This document shows, piece after piece, positions 17,483 to 27,118 of a stretch of DNA of 39,441 nucleotides. The DNA comes from Armatimonadia bacterium. GTDB lineage: Bacteria; Armatimonadota; Zipacnadia; Zipacnadales; UBA11051. The notes beneath the pieces are model-generated. The model was not told where the DNA came from, searched no databases, and was given only the letters and a program-made list of their open reading frames with translations. The position numbers were made by a program, and so were the translations under genes. The stretch spans positions 1 through 39,441 of the forward strand of contig JBDKRC010000207.1 in NCBI GenBank assembly GCA_039683575.1, read 5' to 3'. Each line of letters starts with the position of its first letter. Position 1 is the first letter of the stretch.

Positions 17483-18429
17483 GGCTTCTCGACCTCTTCG
17501 AGGGCGAGGGCCAGACGGGCGAACTCATCCATGTCGAGGGTTTCAGCGCGGCGTTCGCCCTCGAGATCGGCGAGATCGAGCGCCCGCTGAACCTGCTCGG
17601 TGCTCAGCGAAAGCTGTGGGGCCTGCTTCAGGGCCGCCCGGAGCGCCTTGCGGCGGTGGATGAAAGCCGCCTTAACCGTGCGCGAAAAGCTCTGCGCAGA
17701 TGGCGTCTCAAACGGTGGCACGGCGCGCTTGACGAGGCGCAGGGCCGTCGAATCGATCGATGGCGGTGGCAGGAAGTCGCCCGGCTTGAGCTGGACGATG
17801 ATCTCGACCTTCTCGACGTGATAGCGGCAAAAGAGTGTGAGCGGACCGTACTCCTTCGTGCCGGGGGCGGCACGGAGGCGGTCGGCGACTTCGCGCTGTA
17901 CGGTGATGACGAGAGCGCGGCAGCGCTCGTCCCAGAAGAGTTTCTCAAGCAGCGGGGCCGTGATCTGGTAGGGCAGATTGCCGGCGGCTACATAGGGCGG
18001 GAAAGCGCTGAGGTCGGCCAGGAGGAAGTCCTGGAACCGCACCTCGGCGCGGGTGCCCTCGAGCAAGCTCTGAAGGGGCTCGCGGAGGTGCTCGTCTATT
18101 TCAAAGGCCACTACGTCAAAAGGATGGGCGGCGAGGGCAGTGGTCAGGGCACCGAGGCCGGGCCCGATCTCGACAAGCAGCGAGACGTCGAGCGCGGAGG
18201 CGGCTTCGGCTGCGGCCGCCGCAATACGCTCGACCTTCGCATCATTGATGAGGAAGTTTTGCCCCAACGACTTGCGTGCTCGCAGGTCGTATTGCCGCAT
18301 GAGGTCCCGGGTGCGCCCGCCCAGAGACCGTCCGGCAGAAGACAGAAGGCCCCGGCGCTCATCGTCTCGTGTGTGCGAGCACTCACAGGACGACGCCCGG
18401 GCCTGTGGCAGATCCAGATCGTCAAACAT
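17479..18429 (-). CDS. rsmA: 16S rRNA (adenine-N6,N6)-dimethyltransferase
   Basis: KSLGQNFL, EIGPGLGALT, AGNLPYQIT, VQREVADRL and RRAETL motifs. Confidence 0.96.
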   Translation of the reverse strand: MFDDLDLPQARASSCECSHTRDDERRGLLSSAGRSLGGRTRDLMRQYDLRARKSLGQNFLINDAKVERIAAAAAEAASALDVSLLVEIGPGLGALTTALAAHPFDVVAFEIDEHLREPLQSLLEGTRAEVRFQDFLLADLSAFPPYVAAGNLPYQITAPLLEKLFWDERCRALVITVQREVADRLRAAPGTKEYGPLTLFCRYHVEKVEIIVQLKPGDFLPPPSIDSTALRLVKRAVPPFETPSAQSFSRTVKAAFIHRRKALRAALKQAPQLSLSTEQVQRALDLADLEGERRAETLDMDEFARLALALEEVEKP

Positions 18430-18452
18430 TAGACCATCCCGTTACCATGCGC

Positions 18453-18482
18453 ATTGTACCGTTTTGGGGGGAACTGTGTCAA
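18453..18482 (-). promoter_or_regulatory. Sigma70-type promoter for the rsmA-ispE-prs operon
   Basis: TTGACA (18482-18477), 18-nt spacer, TACAAT (18458-18453) on the minus strand. Confidence 0.7.
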
Positions 18483-18511
18483 GGTGACGGGGACGGCGCC
18501 ATAACCTGCAT

Positions 18512-18573
18512 GGTCGGGGTCTGGAGACCCCTCCCACAAACCTGGACAGATGCGGGCGAGCCGCCCGCGCTAC
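18512..18573. repeat. Two REP-like units of different families
   Basis: Reverse complements: GTGGGAGGGGTCTCCAGACCCCGA (18512-18538) and GTAGCGCGGGCGGCTCGCCCGC (18552-18573; identical to 23475-23496). Confidence 0.75.
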
Positions 18574-18586
18574 GAGGGTCGCGCGG

Positions 18587-19618
18587 CTAATGCTGCATGA
18601 TGAGGCTCCACACTTTGCGGGCCGAGTCGGCCATGGTGTGGAGGTTGGGGGCCTTGGCTTCGCGGGGGATGCACTCGCCGCTGTTGAGGATCATGCCGCC
18701 GGCCTGCATGAGGCGCACCTGCCGGTCGGTCTCCGCCGCGACTTGCGAGGCAGAGCCGAGTTGCAGCAGGGCGATGGGGTCTATATTGCCCAGAGTGCAG
18801 ATCTTGCCGGTGAAGGCAGCGGCGACTTCGGCGCGGTCAATGCCGGGGCCGCTGCTGAGCGCGCTGGGCTCGGTCAGGGCCTGCAGGCGCAGGCCGTCCA
18901 GGTTCTCCTCGCTGTTATGGAGGAAGACAAAGGCTCCTGCATCCTTGAAAGCCTGGCAGACGCGCTTGCAGGGCTCCAGCGCCCACTGTTCGTACACCGC
19001 AGGCGAAATCAGGTGCATGGAGGCGTTGCAGTCGCCGTACCACAGGGCATGGGCTCCCGCCTTGATCTGCGCCAGACCCCACGAGATGGCCTGTTCCTCG
19101 GCGAATTTGAGCGCGTCCTTGAACAGGCGCGGGTTGTCCACCATGGTCAGAAACGATTCCTGCATCCCGAAGATGAGGGTGACGGCCGAGAACGGTGCGG
19201 CCACGCGCCCGGTGATGCAGGTACGGTCGCCGCGGGCCTCGCGCAGGCCAGCGATGGCGTCGAGCAGCAGGGGCATGCGGGCCGAGGTGCGCGGATCGGG
19301 GACCTTAAGGCCGGAGAGGGCCCTGCGGGTGAAGGGAAGGTAGTCGGCCGTCGCCGGGACCACGTTCTCACCAGCGGCCACGCCCACTCCGAGCGGCTCG
19401 AACTCCAGCGTATCGTCAAGATGCAGCCATGACCAGTCCCAGCCGTACCTCTCGATAACGTTGAGCTGACAGTTGACCACGGTTTCGGCATCCCGGATGT
19501 ACTGCGCGTAAGTCAGGCCGCAGTAACGGGCGTCGAATTCCTGGCTCAAAGCGAAGACAGGCAGGTCGTGAGGCACCTGCAGGTCCACACAGGCCTGGAT
19601 GTTGTCAATTGTGGTCAT
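18587..19618 (-). CDS. Uroporphyrinogen decarboxylase / MtaA-CmuA methylcobamide methyltransferase family protein
   Basis: RMPLLLDAI, GRVAAPFS, QIKAGAH, LISP, LGNIDP and ILNSGECIP motifs. GGAGG SD before ATG 19618. Confidence 0.85.
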   Translation of the reverse strand: MTTIDNIQACVDLQVPHDLPVFALSQEFDARYCGLTYAQYIRDAETVVNCQLNVIERYGWDWSWLHLDDTLEFEPLGVGVAAGENVVPATADYLPFTRRALSGLKVPDPRTSARMPLLLDAIAGLREARGDRTCITGRVAAPFSAVTLIFGMQESFLTMVDNPRLFKDALKFAEEQAISWGLAQIKAGAHALWYGDCNASMHLISPAVYEQWALEPCKRVCQAFKDAGAFVFLHNSEENLDGLRLQALTEPSALSSGPGIDRAEVAAAFTGKICTLGNIDPIALLQLGSASQVAAETDRQVRLMQAGGMILNSGECIPREAKAPNLHTMADSARKVWSLIMQH

Positions 19619-19706
19619 GTCGCGGGGGGATCCTCCAGGAAGCGTCAAAGTGTGACTTTCGCCAGGAGGAGGGGTGGCACCTGCTTTGGAGAGGTCGAAA
19701 ATCAGC

Positions 19707-19731
19707 GTGGGGGCGCACCACGGTGCGCCCC
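19707..19731. repeat. REP-like palindrome
   Basis: GTGG-GGGCGCACC-AC-GGTGCGCCC; single copy in the window. Confidence 0.55.
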
Positions 19732-19749
19732 TGCGGTGTGTTCCGGCCG

Positions 19750-20700
19750 CTAACGGCGGGGCATGATGGCGCTTTGCAGGATCTCCAGCACCAGTTCATC
19801 GTACGTCATACCCGCAGCGAAGGCCTGGTGCGGAACGTCGGAGGTCTCGGTCATGCCGGGGCAACTGTTCACTTCGTGGAACCACAGGTTACCGGCCCGG
19901 TCCAGGTGCATGTCGCAGCGGCTGACGCCGTGGCAGCCCATCTCGCGGTGGGTCAGGAGAGCCAGTTCCTGGGCGGCAGCGGTGGCTTCGGGGGAGATCT
20001 GGGCCGGGCACACCAACTCGGTCAGGCCCTTGGTGTATTTGGCCTCGTAGTCGTAGAACTCTTTCTTGGGCACAAGCTGAAGCACGGGAAGCGCGCGAGC
20101 CGCCTCGCCACAGCCGAGGACGCCGACGGTCAACTCGGTGCCGTCGATGAAGCGGTCCACCAGAACGTCGCCGTACTTTGCGGCGATAGCTCCCATTTCG
20201 CGGGCGAGGGTGGCCTCGTCACGGCAGATGGTGACGCCGAGGCTGCTGCCCTCGGCGTTGGGCTTGGTGACCGCGGGCAGGCCGATGCAGTCGATGGTCT
20301 GGCACACCCAGTCGGGGTTGAACGCGCCGCTGAAATAGACGAAAGGCGGGTTCTGGACCCCGATGGCGGCGGCGATGCGCTTGGTCTGCAGTTTGTTCAT
20401 CGTGAGGGCACTGGCGAGCACTCCCGAGCCGGTGTAGGGCATGCCGATGAGCTCGAGGAGGGCCTGGATGGTGCCATCTTCGCCTGCTCCGCCGTGCAGG
20501 GCGTTGACGGCCACGTCGGCGCCGACTTCCTGTAATTGGCGGTAGAGGTCGGCGCTGGGGTCAACCATGACGGTGCGGAAGCCCTGGCGTTCGAGGGCTT
20601 CCTGGACGCCCTTACCGGAGCGCAAGGAGACTTCCCGCTCACCCGACTGTCCGCCGGCGAGCACGGCAATGGTCTTGCTGCGAAGTTGTGCCATATCCAT
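19750..20700 (-). CDS. ddl: D-alanine--D-alanine ligase
   Basis: AVLAGGQSGEREVSLRSG, ALHGGAGEDG, EGSSLG, FYDYEAKY and EVNSCPGMT motifs. Confidence 0.96.
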   Translation of the reverse strand: MDMAQLRSKTIAVLAGGQSGEREVSLRSGKGVQEALERQGFRTVMVDPSADLYRQLQEVGADVAVNALHGGAGEDGTIQALLELIGMPYTGSGVLASALTMNKLQTKRIAAAIGVQNPPFVYFSGAFNPDWVCQTIDCIGLPAVTKPNAEGSSLGVTICRDEATLAREMGAIAAKYGDVLVDRFIDGTELTVGVLGCGEAARALPVLQLVPKKEFYDYEAKYTKGLTELVCPAQISPEATAAAQELALLTHREMGCHGVSRCDMHLDRAGNLWFHEVNSCPGMTETSDVPHQAFAAGMTYDELVLEILQSAIMPRR

Positions 20701-20740
20701 GGGGATCATCCAATTCAGTTGCGCTAACGGCGCGGATTTC

Positions 20741-21943
20741 CTACTCGAGGGGGGCGGGCTGGGCTTTATCGTCCAGCCGCAGTGTGACAAAGAGTTCAAT
20801 GGGGCGGAGTTCGCCTGGCCCGAGCAACAAGGGCTGCGGGCCGCGGGACTTGCGCAGATCATTGACGCCGAAAAAGCCCATGTAATCGCCGGCGCCAGCC
20901 TTCCCGTCACCGTCGGTATCGGTGTAGAAGCTCAGGAAGTATAACCCCTGGGGCAGGCAGAGGGCAAATGCTCCGCCGCGCGTGGTGATGCTGGCGACGG
21001 TGTTGGTGAAGCGGGCATCGCTGGAAGCGCGGATGATGACCGGCGGGAGCGTCTCGGGCACTGTCGCCCCGGCAGGCCACTGGATTGTCCCGTGAACGAC
21101 CGCCGGAAACGTGTCCGGAGCGGTCTGGGGTCCCGTAGCCTCTCCCTCGACGGCCTTGAGCAGACCCGTGGGGTCGATTCGCCACTGCAGAGCGAGAGCG
21201 ACGTTGGGCATGTCCGCGGCTAGCTGGACAGACGGATACGCGGTTCCCTGCGCCGGGTCGTAGCCATAAACGGCCATGAGATCGCCATTGGCCGCGCGCT
21301 CGTTCTCGTCAGTGTCCTGCATGGCGAAGAAGTAGTATTCACCTGCCGGGCAAACCAGCGCGAAACGGCCCTCGGCATCCGGCGCAGCGACATGACAGGC
21401 ACCCTGCTTGGGAACGAGGTAGACAAAGGCGGGGCCCTTGTCGGCGCGGCCCGCAAGAGTGCCGCTGATGGTGATGTACTTCGGGGGCTCGGGAGCAGTA
21501 GGAGGCGCGGGCGGTCCCGGCAGCTTGACCCCGGTAGGCGCGAGTCGGCCCTCCCCGGTCATCATCAGCACGATCGGGAGGTCGATCTGAAGCGCTTGCG
21601 CCTTCACCTCAAGCGGCTGCGGCTGGTCCCAGTTCGGATCGAGCACCCCGTAGAAGCCCAGGCCGTCGTCGGGGCCAAGCTTGCCGTCGTTGTTGCTGTC
21701 GACAATCGCCGTCAGGTAGTACGTGCCGGGCGGGAAGGTCATGACGACGCGGCCGGACTTGTCCACCGCCGGGAAGGCGCCGACCAGATCGCGGCGTTCC
21801 TTGTCGCGGAAGACGCGCACCTGCACGGCCGAAAGGTCATGGTTCGGCCAGTAGACGGTCGCAACCACGACGGAATCGCCGGGCTGCTGGGCGCAGGCGG
21901 CGGCGGCAAGAGCGAGCGCAGAGATGATGAGCAGGTGTCGCAT
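20741..21943 (-). CDS. Secreted protein or lipoprotein with three DUF2141-like repeats carrying DxDxDG-type motifs
   Basis: Signal MRHLLIISALALAAAAC. Repeats GTYYLTAIVDSNNDGKLGPDDGLGFYG, GEYYFFAMQDTDENERAANGDLMAVYG and GLYFLSFYTDTDGDGKAGAGDYMGFFG. Confidence 0.65.
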   Translation of the reverse strand: MRHLLIISALALAAAACAQQPGDSVVVATVYWPNHDLSAVQVRVFRDKERRDLVGAFPAVDKSGRVVMTFPPGTYYLTAIVDSNNDGKLGPDDGLGFYGVLDPNWDQPQPLEVKAQALQIDLPIVLMMTGEGRLAPTGVKLPGPPAPPTAPEPPKYITISGTLAGRADKGPAFVYLVPKQGACHVAAPDAEGRFALVCPAGEYYFFAMQDTDENERAANGDLMAVYGYDPAQGTAYPSVQLAADMPNVALALQWRIDPTGLLKAVEGEATGPQTAPDTFPAVVHGTIQWPAGATVPETLPPVIIRASSDARFTNTVASITTRGGAFALCLPQGLYFLSFYTDTDGDGKAGAGDYMGFFGVNDLRKSRGPQPLLLGPGELRPIELFVTLRLDDKAQPAPLE

Positions 21944-21999
21944 GGTGGTCATGTTAGCAGGCGCGGGTAGCGGCGGCAAGGGAGGAGTGAGACGCGAAG

Positions 22000-23436
22000 C
22001 TACTGGTAATCGATCACTTCGATGTTCAGATTGCCCATGGTCTTGGCTGACGCGAGGCTCAGCCGCGCCATGGCGGCGCTGTCGAGGGCGGCATGGGCGA
22101 GTTGCAGATGCCCCGCATCCACCGTCTCCTGTCCCCACGTCGCGTCCATCTCGACCCAGCGCCCCACATACAGTTCGTTCCAGGCGTGGTAGTGATAGGC
22201 CCCGCCGTCATAGACGAGACCGGCGGCGACGCGGGCAGGCAGACCTACGGCCTGAGCGAGGGCCGCGAGCAGGATCGCATGCTCCGTGCAGTCGCCGGAG
22301 TTCATCTTCACAATCTCCAGCGCAGACACCGGACGCGGTTCGCTCTGCACCTTGTTGAGCTTGTGGTACACCCACATCGTCAGCTTACGGGCCGCTTCCC
22401 AGGCATTGCGCTCGGGCCCGATGATCTGGCGGGCCTGCTTCACGAGCCCCGGATCGGTGCACTGTGCCAGGTCCGTGGGCCGGAGGTATTCCTGCAGCTC
22501 AGGAAGCTTGACCGGCAACTGCACACTGCTCAGCGGAGGCTGCTCGGCGACCGTGTCTACGAGCAGGCCATTGCCCTCCACAGAGACCGTCTGGCGGCGC
22601 GTGGCCGGAACGGCGTCCTGGAGGCTGCCGGCCGGTGCCGTGGCACGCAGGCGGATCTGCTTCAGCCTGGTTGCGGTGGGCTGTTGACCGGTAACCGGAA
22701 TGTCGGAACTGAGCAGCGCGGGCGTAAGGTCGGCCAGCGCTTCTTCCTCAGTCGCGAGCTCCAGGGTCATGTTCATCATGCCCGGAACTTCCTGCCGCAG
22801 CAGAACCCCCTCATCGCTGATCCACATCTTCGTGGGCAGGTCAAGGAGCTTACTGTGGCCGGTGAGCAACCAGCCCGGTTGGGGCTCGGTAACCGAATTC
22901 TCGGCGCGTAGCAGGAGCTGGTCCAGCTTGCCGAGGTCGGCGTCAAAGGTCGTGAGGGTTTTCTGCCAGCCCGCCGTCATTTGCCCCGAGGCGAGCACTT
23001 GCAGCACTTCCAGGTCGCCGCCGAAGTCGTTGGGGACGGCTAGCTCGGAGTGCCTTTCGCCCTCTGGGTCCTGCCTTGTTACCTGCAAGCTCCCGTCCCG
23101 CCGGATAGCGCGAACGGTCATGCGGCGGCCAATCTGGTTCGCTTGGTGCTCGATCTCAAGCAGGCGGAGGGCCGGGTCGTAGCGGCGCCGCTCGGAGCGC
23201 TCGGCGGTGAGGGTCTGATCGCCCATGCGGACGCGAAGAACAGTGCGTTCGAGGGATTCAACGCCACCGGGGATGCGGGAGAGTGTCTGACACGAGTAGC
23301 CGCTACGGGCGCCGAGGATGGTGACCGTGTACCAGTGGGTGCCGAAGACGGCAGGGGGAAGCGAAGCGGACTCTTCGGCGGGGACGGTAGTGGCGGCCGC
23401 GAGCAGCAGGAGCGCCAGCAGCAGCAGGTGGCGCAA
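22000..23436 (-). CDS. Secreted transglutaminase-like (Cys-His-Asp) protein
   Basis: GDCTEHAILLAALAQAVGLPARVAAG, YHAWNE and WVEMDATW motifs. Signal peptide from a probable TTG start at 23436. Confidence 0.85.
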   Translation of the reverse strand: MRHLLLLALLLLAAATTVPAEESASLPPAVFGTHWYTVTILGARSGYSCQTLSRIPGGVESLERTVLRVRMGDQTLTAERSERRRYDPALRLLEIEHQANQIGRRMTVRAIRRDGSLQVTRQDPEGERHSELAVPNDFGGDLEVLQVLASGQMTAGWQKTLTTFDADLGKLDQLLLRAENSVTEPQPGWLLTGHSKLLDLPTKMWISDEGVLLRQEVPGMMNMTLELATEEEALADLTPALLSSDIPVTGQQPTATRLKQIRLRATAPAGSLQDAVPATRRQTVSVEGNGLLVDTVAEQPPLSSVQLPVKLPELQEYLRPTDLAQCTDPGLVKQARQIIGPERNAWEAARKLTMWVYHKLNKVQSEPRPVSALEIVKMNSGDCTEHAILLAALAQAVGLPARVAAGLVYDGGAYHYHAWNELYVGRWVEMDATWGQETVDAGHLQLAHAALDSAAMARLSLASAKTMGNLNIEVIDYQ

Positions 23437-23472
23437 GCTGGACCGCGCGCGCGCGCTATGGAAAGCGATTGC

Positions 23473-23524
23473 CAGTAGCGCGGGCGGCTCGCCCGCGCGC
23501 GCAGACGAGCCGCCTGCTCTACTG
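23473..23524. repeat. REP-like doublet, family GTAGCGCGGGCGGCTCGCCCGC
   Basis: CAGTAGCGCGGGCGGCTCGCCCGCGC plus an inverted copy, 22/26 identical. Confidence 0.8.
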
Positions 23525-23551
23525 TTGTGCAAAACTCTGGGCCAGGCCCGG

Positions 23552-24976
23552 CTACGTCGTGCCATCGTCGCTTGTCGCGGGGGTGGAAGTGGCCGTGGCC
23601 TCCATCATCTTGTGGAAGGCAGCCACCAGTTTGGGATCAAAAGCCTTGCCCGCGCCGGCAGCGATCTCCTCGAGAGCTTCAGACATCGAGAGGGCGTTCT
23701 TCATGACGTCCTGCGGGTTGCGCAGCCGCTCGTAGGCATCAACGATGGCGCAAATGCGCGCATGGTAGGGTATGTCTTCACCCTTGATTGCTTCCGGAAA
23801 GCCCGTGCCGTCCCAGTTCTCGTGGTGGTGGACGACCGTGGGCATGGCCTCATGCAGAAAGCCGATGGGCTGCAGGATGCTGCGGCCGATGAGCGGGTGC
23901 ATGCGGTAGAAGACCTGCTCGCGGTCGCGCGGATCCCGGGCCTCAAGGGCGCTCTCTTCGATGCCAATCTTGCCGACGTCGTGGAGGATGGTGCCAAAAC
24001 GCAGGGTCTCGCGCTCTTCCGCGGTCATCTTCAGATGCGCGGCGAGGCGGTCAGCAAGCTGCGTGACGCGTTCCGAGTGGTTGTACGTAGTCGGGTCGCG
24101 CGCCTCAATGGCTGTGGTTAGCGCGCGGATGGTCTCGTAGTAGTTGCGGCGGATGTCTTCATAGAGCTCTGCGTTTTCGATGGCCACCGCCGCCTGGTGG
24201 GCAAAGGCGGTGAGTAGATCTATCTCGCGCTGGGGGAACTTGCGCTTTCCGCGCGCATAGACGCGGATGACACCGAGAGACTCCTCCTTGCTGCGCAGGG
24301 GGACGCTGAGTACCGACCGCAGGCCCTCGGCCTCGGCGGCCTCGGGGTACTGGAAGTTGGGATCATGGCGCACATCCAGCACCTGCACCGCTTCCCCGGC
24401 CAATACCCGGCGATCAAGCGGGCTGTGTTCGCGCGAGACCATGCCCTTGTTCATGTACTCGTCGCTAAGACCGTGGATGGTGACGGGGCGGAGTTCCCCG
24501 GATTCCTTGTCGAGCAGGCGAATCCCGCAGCCGCGGGCGTTCATGACCTGCATGGCGCTGGTTGCGATAAGGTCGAGCACCGAGCGCAGACGCAGCGAGG
24601 AGGTGATGCTGCGGGCGACATCGTAGAGCATGTGCGCCTCGACGGCGCGGCGACGGATAGCGTGGGAAACCTGGCTGGCGAAGTAGCCGATGATGAAGAA
24701 CATCATGAGCTGGAAAAGCGGCATGAAGTCTGCGAACTCCATGCGCCCTGAATACTCGAGGGTGGGGGTGCCGTGGGTGGCGCTGAGGTAAGCCGAAAGA
24801 ACCGAGACGATGACCGCGCCGTAGATGCTGAAGCTAAAGCCGGCGTAGATGATCGGCAGGTAGTAGAACTGCATTGCAATCGGGTACTGCTGGTCATCGG
24901 CAAGGCGCACCAATACGGTGATGGCGAACATTGCCGCCAATACCGTAACGATGGCCCTTATTGGCTTTTTTGTCAC
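23552..24976 (-). CDS. Membrane-bound GAF + HD-GYP-like phosphohydrolase
   Basis: N-terminal TM helices, GAF domain (SVLSVPL...AHQAAVAIENA), HSERV, LHDVGKIG and HHENWDGTGFP. Confidence 0.88.
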   Translation of the reverse strand: MTKKPIRAIVTVLAAMFAITVLVRLADDQQYPIAMQFYYLPIIYAGFSFSIYGAVIVSVLSAYLSATHGTPTLEYSGRMEFADFMPLFQLMMFFIIGYFASQVSHAIRRRAVEAHMLYDVARSITSSLRLRSVLDLIATSAMQVMNARGCGIRLLDKESGELRPVTIHGLSDEYMNKGMVSREHSPLDRRVLAGEAVQVLDVRHDPNFQYPEAAEAEGLRSVLSVPLRSKEESLGVIRVYARGKRKFPQREIDLLTAFAHQAAVAIENAELYEDIRRNYYETIRALTTAIEARDPTTYNHSERVTQLADRLAAHLKMTAEERETLRFGTILHDVGKIGIEESALEARDPRDREQVFYRMHPLIGRSILQPIGFLHEAMPTVVHHHENWDGTGFPEAIKGEDIPYHARICAIVDAYERLRNPQDVMKNALSMSEALEEIAAGAGKAFDPKLVAAFHKMMEATATSTPATSDDGTT

Positions 24977-25057
24977 AATATCATCCCCCAGGATGATGAT
25001 GGCTTAGCGCCACGACGGGTATGATTGCACGAGACTAACCAGGATGAATAACAACCA

Positions 25058-27001
25058 TCACCTGATCTTGGTGCCAACGGGCACCTCAGAATCAACGGTG
25101 AGCAGCGCGAGAGCCTTCTCGGCCCCGGCGGCAAGTAGCATTCCCCTACTTTCGACGCCGCGTATGGTAGCCGGTTCGAGATTGGCGATAATGATGACCT
25201 GCTTATCGAGCAGCTCGCGCGGGTTGAAGTCCTGCGCGATCCCGGCCACGATCTGCCGCGGCTCTGCTTCGCCGAGGTCCACCAGCAACCGCTGGAGCTT
25301 ATCAGCGCCCGGCACACGCTCGGCCAGAGTAACCTGCCCCACCCGCAGGTCGAGGGACTTGAACTGCTCAAACGACACCGTCGGCGTTTCCGGCTTCTCC
25401 TCCACGGGTTCTGCTTGTTTGTCCATAGCCTGCAGCTTCATCTCCATCCGGTCAAGGTCTACCCGCGGGAAAATCGGGTTATCCCGCTCGATCTTCGTCT
25501 GTGGCGGGAGGCATTTGGCTTCAACATCGCTCCAGACCAGTGCGTTTGCCGGGTCGAGCCCCAGTTGGCGGCAGATCTCATCGGCCACTTCAGGCATGAA
25601 GGGCGCGATCATGATCGCCGAGACGCGGACACAGTCCAGGACGTCGTACATCACGGCCTCAAGCTCAACGGTCTTGCCGTCTTTGTGTAGCGCCCAGGGC
25701 TCGCGACTATCAAGGAACTTGTTACCGGCGCTGAGCAGCTCCCATAGGGCCTCGAGCGCGCCCCGGAAATCGGCGATCTCAAGCGCCGCCTCATACTTCC
25801 CGCGCGCGGTGCTGATCTCATCTGACAGCCCGCCGGCGCTGGGGCCGGGAGTGGGCACGATACCCTCAAGGTACCGCTCCAAAAGCGGCAGGCTGCGATT
25901 GAGCAGGTTGCCGAGGTCATTGGCGAGGTCGGCATTGAAGCGTCCGACCAGTGCGCGGAAGCTGAAGCTGCCGTCCAGGCCGAACGGCACCTCGCGCAGC
26001 ACGAAGTAACGCAGCGCGTCGATAGCGACAGCGGTGCGCGCCCCGGAGAACTCCGCCAGTTGCACTGCGGTCTCGTAGGGCTCCACGACATTGCCGCGCG
26101 ACTTGCTCATCTTCTCGCCGGCGTCAGCCAGCCACCAGCCATGGGCGAAGAGCATCTTGGGCAGGGGCAGGCCCAGCGCCATGAGCAGCGCGGGCCAGAT
26201 GGTCGCATGGAAGCGCGGCAGAATGTCCTTGCCCATCAGTTGCACATCAGGCGGCCAGACGTTCTCGAACTTCTCGTTGTCCAGGCTCCATCCCGCGACG
26301 GTCAGGTAGTTGATCAGCGCATCGAACCAGACGTAGATGGTCTGGGTGTCGTCACCCGGCACGGGAATGTCCCACTCGGAGCGCGCGCGGCTGATGCAGG
26401 CGTCCTGCAGGCCCTGCTTGATGAAACCCAGGACCTCCTTGCGGCGCCCGTCGGGCATGATGAAGTGCTCGTTGTCCTCGATATAGTCCATCAGGCGGTC
26501 GGCATACTTGCTGGTGCGCAGGAAGTACGACGGCTCGGTGACCCGCTGGACCTCGCGGCCGCAGTCAGGGCAGCACCCGCCGGTGATGTCCGCCTCAAGC
26601 AGGTACGTCTCGCAGGGCACGCAGTACCAACCCTCATACTGGCCGAGGTAGATGTCATCGGTCGCGAGCAGCCGGGAGAAGACCTCCTGAACCACCTTCA
26701 TGTGCTCGGGCTCGGTCGTGCGGATGAAGCGGTCATACTTGATGTGCAGCCGCTCCCACGCTTCCGCATAGGCCGCTGCCATCTTCGTCACATAGGCGTC
26801 AGTAGCCATGCCGGCGTCCCTGGCCCCGATGGCGCACTTATTGCCGTGCTCATCGGTGCCGGTGGCGAAGAGCACTTCATCCCCGCGCAGGCGATGGTAG
26901 CGCGCCAGCACATCAGCGGCGATGGTGGTATAGGCACTGCCAAGATGCGGCCGGCCGCTCACGTAATAGATCGGCGTAGTGATATAGAAAACGTCGGACA
27001 T
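25058..27001 (-). CDS. metG: Methionine--tRNA ligase with C-terminal tRNA-binding domain
   Basis: YITTPIYY..PHLGS, GTDEHG, YVWFDAL, KMSKS and an OB-fold C-terminus (LDLRVG...ANLEP...SRGMLL). Confidence 0.97.
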   Translation of the reverse strand: MSDVFYITTPIYYVSGRPHLGSAYTTIAADVLARYHRLRGDEVLFATGTDEHGNKCAIGARDAGMATDAYVTKMAAAYAEAWERLHIKYDRFIRTTEPEHMKVVQEVFSRLLATDDIYLGQYEGWYCVPCETYLLEADITGGCCPDCGREVQRVTEPSYFLRTSKYADRLMDYIEDNEHFIMPDGRRKEVLGFIKQGLQDACISRARSEWDIPVPGDDTQTIYVWFDALINYLTVAGWSLDNEKFENVWPPDVQLMGKDILPRFHATIWPALLMALGLPLPKMLFAHGWWLADAGEKMSKSRGNVVEPYETAVQLAEFSGARTAVAIDALRYFVLREVPFGLDGSFSFRALVGRFNADLANDLGNLLNRSLPLLERYLEGIVPTPGPSAGGLSDEISTARGKYEAALEIADFRGALEALWELLSAGNKFLDSREPWALHKDGKTVELEAVMYDVLDCVRVSAIMIAPFMPEVADEICRQLGLDPANALVWSDVEAKCLPPQTKIERDNPIFPRVDLDRMEMKLQAMDKQAEPVEEKPETPTVSFEQFKSLDLRVGQVTLAERVPGADKLQRLLVDLGEAEPRQIVAGIAQDFNPRELLDKQVIIIANLEPATIRGVESRGMLLAAGAEKALALLTVDSEVPVGTKIR

Positions 27002-27034
27002 ACGAGGCTCCAAGGAAGGCGTGCTATGGAATGT

Positions 27035-27105
27035 CGCGTAGGTGGGTTCGTCTCGAACCCACGCCGTTGCCAACCGTGTCGGTTCGAGACGAACCGGCCT
27101 ACGCG
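27035..27105. repeat. REP-like doublet, family GTAGGYSGGTTCGTCTCGAACC
   Basis: CGCGTAGGTGGGTTCGTCTCGAACCC plus inverted CGGTTCGAGACGAACCGGCCTACGCG. Further copies at 37364-37482. Confidence 0.85.
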
Positions 27106-27118
27106 GCTAAGGTACCGG

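Noticed and set aside
13608-27073. Long N-terminal extensions in the ORF track for pth, rplY, the NTP transferase, ddl, the transglutaminase-like gene and metG
   Set aside because: Downstream starts fit family N-termini and often have an SD; the extensions run through repeats or neighbouring genes.
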